The notes beneath the pieces were generated by a model. That model searched no databases. It saw nothing but the letters and a program-made list of their open reading frames with translations, and was not told the DNA's origin. A DNA stretch of 32,000 nt from Wolbachia endosymbiont strain TRS of Brugia malayi (lineage in GTDB: Bacteria > Pseudomonadota > Alphaproteobacteria > Rickettsiales > Anaplasmataceae). Below are positions 29,880 to 32,000 of the stretch, one piece after another (within the stretch, counting starts at the first letter, position 1; each line of letters starts with the position of its first letter). The translations under genes and the position numbers were made by a program. The DNA is taken from NCBI RefSeq assembly GCF_000008385.1, contig NC_006833.1, forward strand, positions 540,001 through 572,000, read 5' to 3'.

Positions 29880-31100
29880 CACTTGGTAGAAGACCAAAAG
29901 ATTTTTTTCTTGATCGTATAAAAGGTTTTCTTAACAAACTAGACAATCTTGAAAAAAAATACCGCCTATAATCCATATAGCTGGAGCTAATGGAAAAGGT
30001 TCAACATTATCATTTGTAAGATACACAATGCAGGCAGTAGGGTATGAGGTTCACATATACACTTCTCCACATTCAGTGAACTCTAATAAAAGAATAGTTG
30101 TTGTAGGTGGTTATATCGAAGATAATAAATTATATAATTTACTATAGAAGAATGCCACACTGCAACTGTTGTAGCTTTTTTAGCCTTTTCCCTTTATAAA
30201 GCTGATATCACCTTAATTGAAGTAGGTATGGGCGGAAGGCTTGACACAATAAATGTGACAGATAATCCAGTTTTAACAACTATTACTTCCATCGCACTTG
30301 ATCATACAGAACACTTTGGCCCCACTGTAGAAACTACAGCGGTGAAAAGATCAAAATATGAAGCATAATGTTCCTTACGAATAGCACTACAAGAAAACTC
30401 TATAATAAATACACTAGAACACTACGCAATAAGTAATAAATCTCCTTTATACAGAGAAGGCATTGAGTGGAGTTGCAAAAAAAAAGAATAACAAAATGGT
30501 TTCTCAATCAGCTATTCAATCAATAGAATTTTTCCTACCCTTTTTAAAGGGCAATCATCAAATAATTAACTCAGGAAATGCCATTACGTCATGCAGCATT
30601 TTGAGTAGAAAGTATGGGTTTGATATTGGAGAAGATGATATCACCTCAGGTTTACAGCATACTATTGGCCTGCACAACTAGAGCTCATACAAGAGGGTAA
30701 TTTAATTTCTTCATTACCGAAAGATTGGTAATTATTTTTAGATAGTGCACACAATAATAACGATGCCAAAGTATTAGCTAAGTGAGTAAAAGATAATTTT
30801 GCCGAAGGCATTTATATAATTTTTGATGTCACTCGTAATAGAAATGTGGAAAAATTTTTAGATACTTAAAATTGTATATCAAGCTACTATATGCGGGTTG
30901 TGTTAAATCTGAGCCAAAAGCAACAAATACAAATTTAATCAGGGAAGAAGCCAACAATATAAGAATAAATGTTATTGAATGTAAATCAATCGGCGATACT
31001 ATACTAAATCACATGCCAAAAGCTCCTATCCAAAACGTTAAAATTATACTGATTTGTGGTTCATTATTTCTGACCGGAGATTTTGCCATGGGGAATGACT
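29880..31100 (+). pseudogene. folC: Decayed folylpolyglutamate synthase/dihydrofolate synthase
   Basis: Fragments in different frames: IPPIIHIAGANGKGSTLSFVRYTMQAVGYEVHIYTSPHSVNSNKRI, ECHTATVVAFLAFSLYKADITLIEVGMGGRLDTINVTDNPVLTTITSIALDHTEHFGPTV, FITERLVIILDSAHNNNDAKVL, ILICGSLFLTGDFAMGND*. Confidence 0.88.
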
Positions 31101-31164
31101 AAGTTTTTTAAAATTTATGTCAACTAGCGCTATATTTTTCTCTGAAGGAAGCTATATTGTAATT

Positions 31165-32000
31165 ATGAACAACATAATCGTAAAAAAATTCGGTGGAACT
31201 TCATTAACCGATTTAACCAGAGTTGCAAATTTAATAAAAAAAGATGTTGATAAAGGTTATAGAATAATTGTTGTTGTTTCCGCCATTGCAGGACTTACCG
31301 ACCAAATGGTTTTTCAGGCTAGACAAACCTTAAACTTAAGCCACAAACAAGCACTATCAGAATATGATGTTATGCTTTCAGCGGGAGAGCAAATTTCTTG
31401 TGGCCTATTAGCAATTACCCTCCTATCTATCGGAGTAAATGCCAAATCGTGGCTTGCTTGGCAGTTACCAATTATAACTGATAATTCTTATTCCGAGTCT
31501 AAAATAAAAACAATAAAGATTGATCATTTGAAAAGATCTTTTGCTGAAGGTTACACTGTGGCGATCATTGCCGGTTTTCAGGGCATATATGATGATAGAA
31601 TCACTACTTTTGGAAGAGGAGGCTCTGATATATCAGCAGTTGCCCTTGCAGTAGCTTTTGGTGTCAGAGTTTGTGAGATTTTTACTGATATCGATGGAAT
31701 ATATACGGCTGATCCGAAAATTGTCCCAAAAGCACGCAAACTAAAATCCATCTCTTACGATGAAATGTTGGAGATGTCATCATCAGGTGCTAAAATATTG
31801 CATAACCGTTCAGTACAGCTCGCAATGAAACATAACATTAAAGTACAAGTGCTATCCACTTTTAAAGAGGTAGAAGGCACTGCAGTATTACACGAAAATG
31901 ATGTACTAGAGAGACACACAATTACTGGAATAACTTATAGCACTAATGAAGCTCTTATAACTTTTACCAATTTTGCAAATACCTTGCGCACTCTAAAAGA
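31165..32000 (+). CDS. lysC: Aspartate kinase, truncated by window edge
   Basis: MNNIIVKKFGGTSLTDLTRVANLIKKD ... YDVMLSAGEQISCGLLAI ... TTFGRGGSDISAVALAVAFGVRVCEIFTDIDGIYTADPKIVPKARKLKSISYDEMLEMSSSGAKILHNRSVQLA. Not in the ORF track because it is open at the edge. Confidence 0.95.
   Translation, partial: MNNIIVKKFGGTSLTDLTRVANLIKKDVDKGYRIIVVVSAIAGLTDQMVFQARQTLNLSHKQALSEYDVMLSAGEQISCGLLAITLLSIGVNAKSWLAWQLPIITDNSYSESKIKTIKIDHLKRSFAEGYTVAIIAGFQGIYDDRITTFGRGGSDISAVALAVAFGVRVCEIFTDIDGIYTADPKIVPKARKLKSISYDEMLEMSSSGAKILHNRSVQLAMKHNIKVQVLSTFKEVEGTAVLHENDVLERHTITGITYSTNEALITFTNFANTLRTLK

Noticed and set aside
1-32000. CRISPR arrays, tRNA/rRNA genes, intact transposases, phage WO or toxin-antitoxin/defence modules
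   Set aside because: Reading both strands by eye, I saw no regularly spaced direct repeats, convincing cloverleaf genes, or transposase/phage motifs. RatA here belongs to the COQ10/START family and is not evidence of a toxin-antitoxin system.

Overview
This 32 kb, AT-rich, gene-sparse window looks like a Wolbachia chromosome. The clearest evidence is a Wsp major surface protein gene at 22071..22793, alongside typical Anaplasmataceae housekeeping genes. The amount of gene decay and the Wsp N-terminus suggest a filarial-nematode-type strain, but that is inference. Recognisable intact genes: nfu, grxC, ribF, lspA, two tandem M16 peptidases, purN, mnhE-like, plsY, an AGCS alanine symporter, pssA, psd, recA, truA, dnaN, an IalB-like gene, rpoH, wsp, ybaB, dnaX, a GST, an O-methyltransferase, DUF2671, dsbA, ratA/COQ10-like and mlaC-like. 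Two truncated edge genes missing from the ORF track are hisS (5' end, minus strand, 1..115) and an aspartate kinase (31165..32000). Several decayed genes were recovered by reading across frames: a DnaJ-domain remnant (847..1014), a second AGCS symporter copy next to the intact one, folC (29880..31100), and an unidentified multi-frame remnant (10400..11700). The most notable non-coding signal is a family of small palindromic repeats, one copy of which lies in frame inside ribF. I found no convincing previously undescribed system: no CRISPR array, intact transposon, prophage or defence island.
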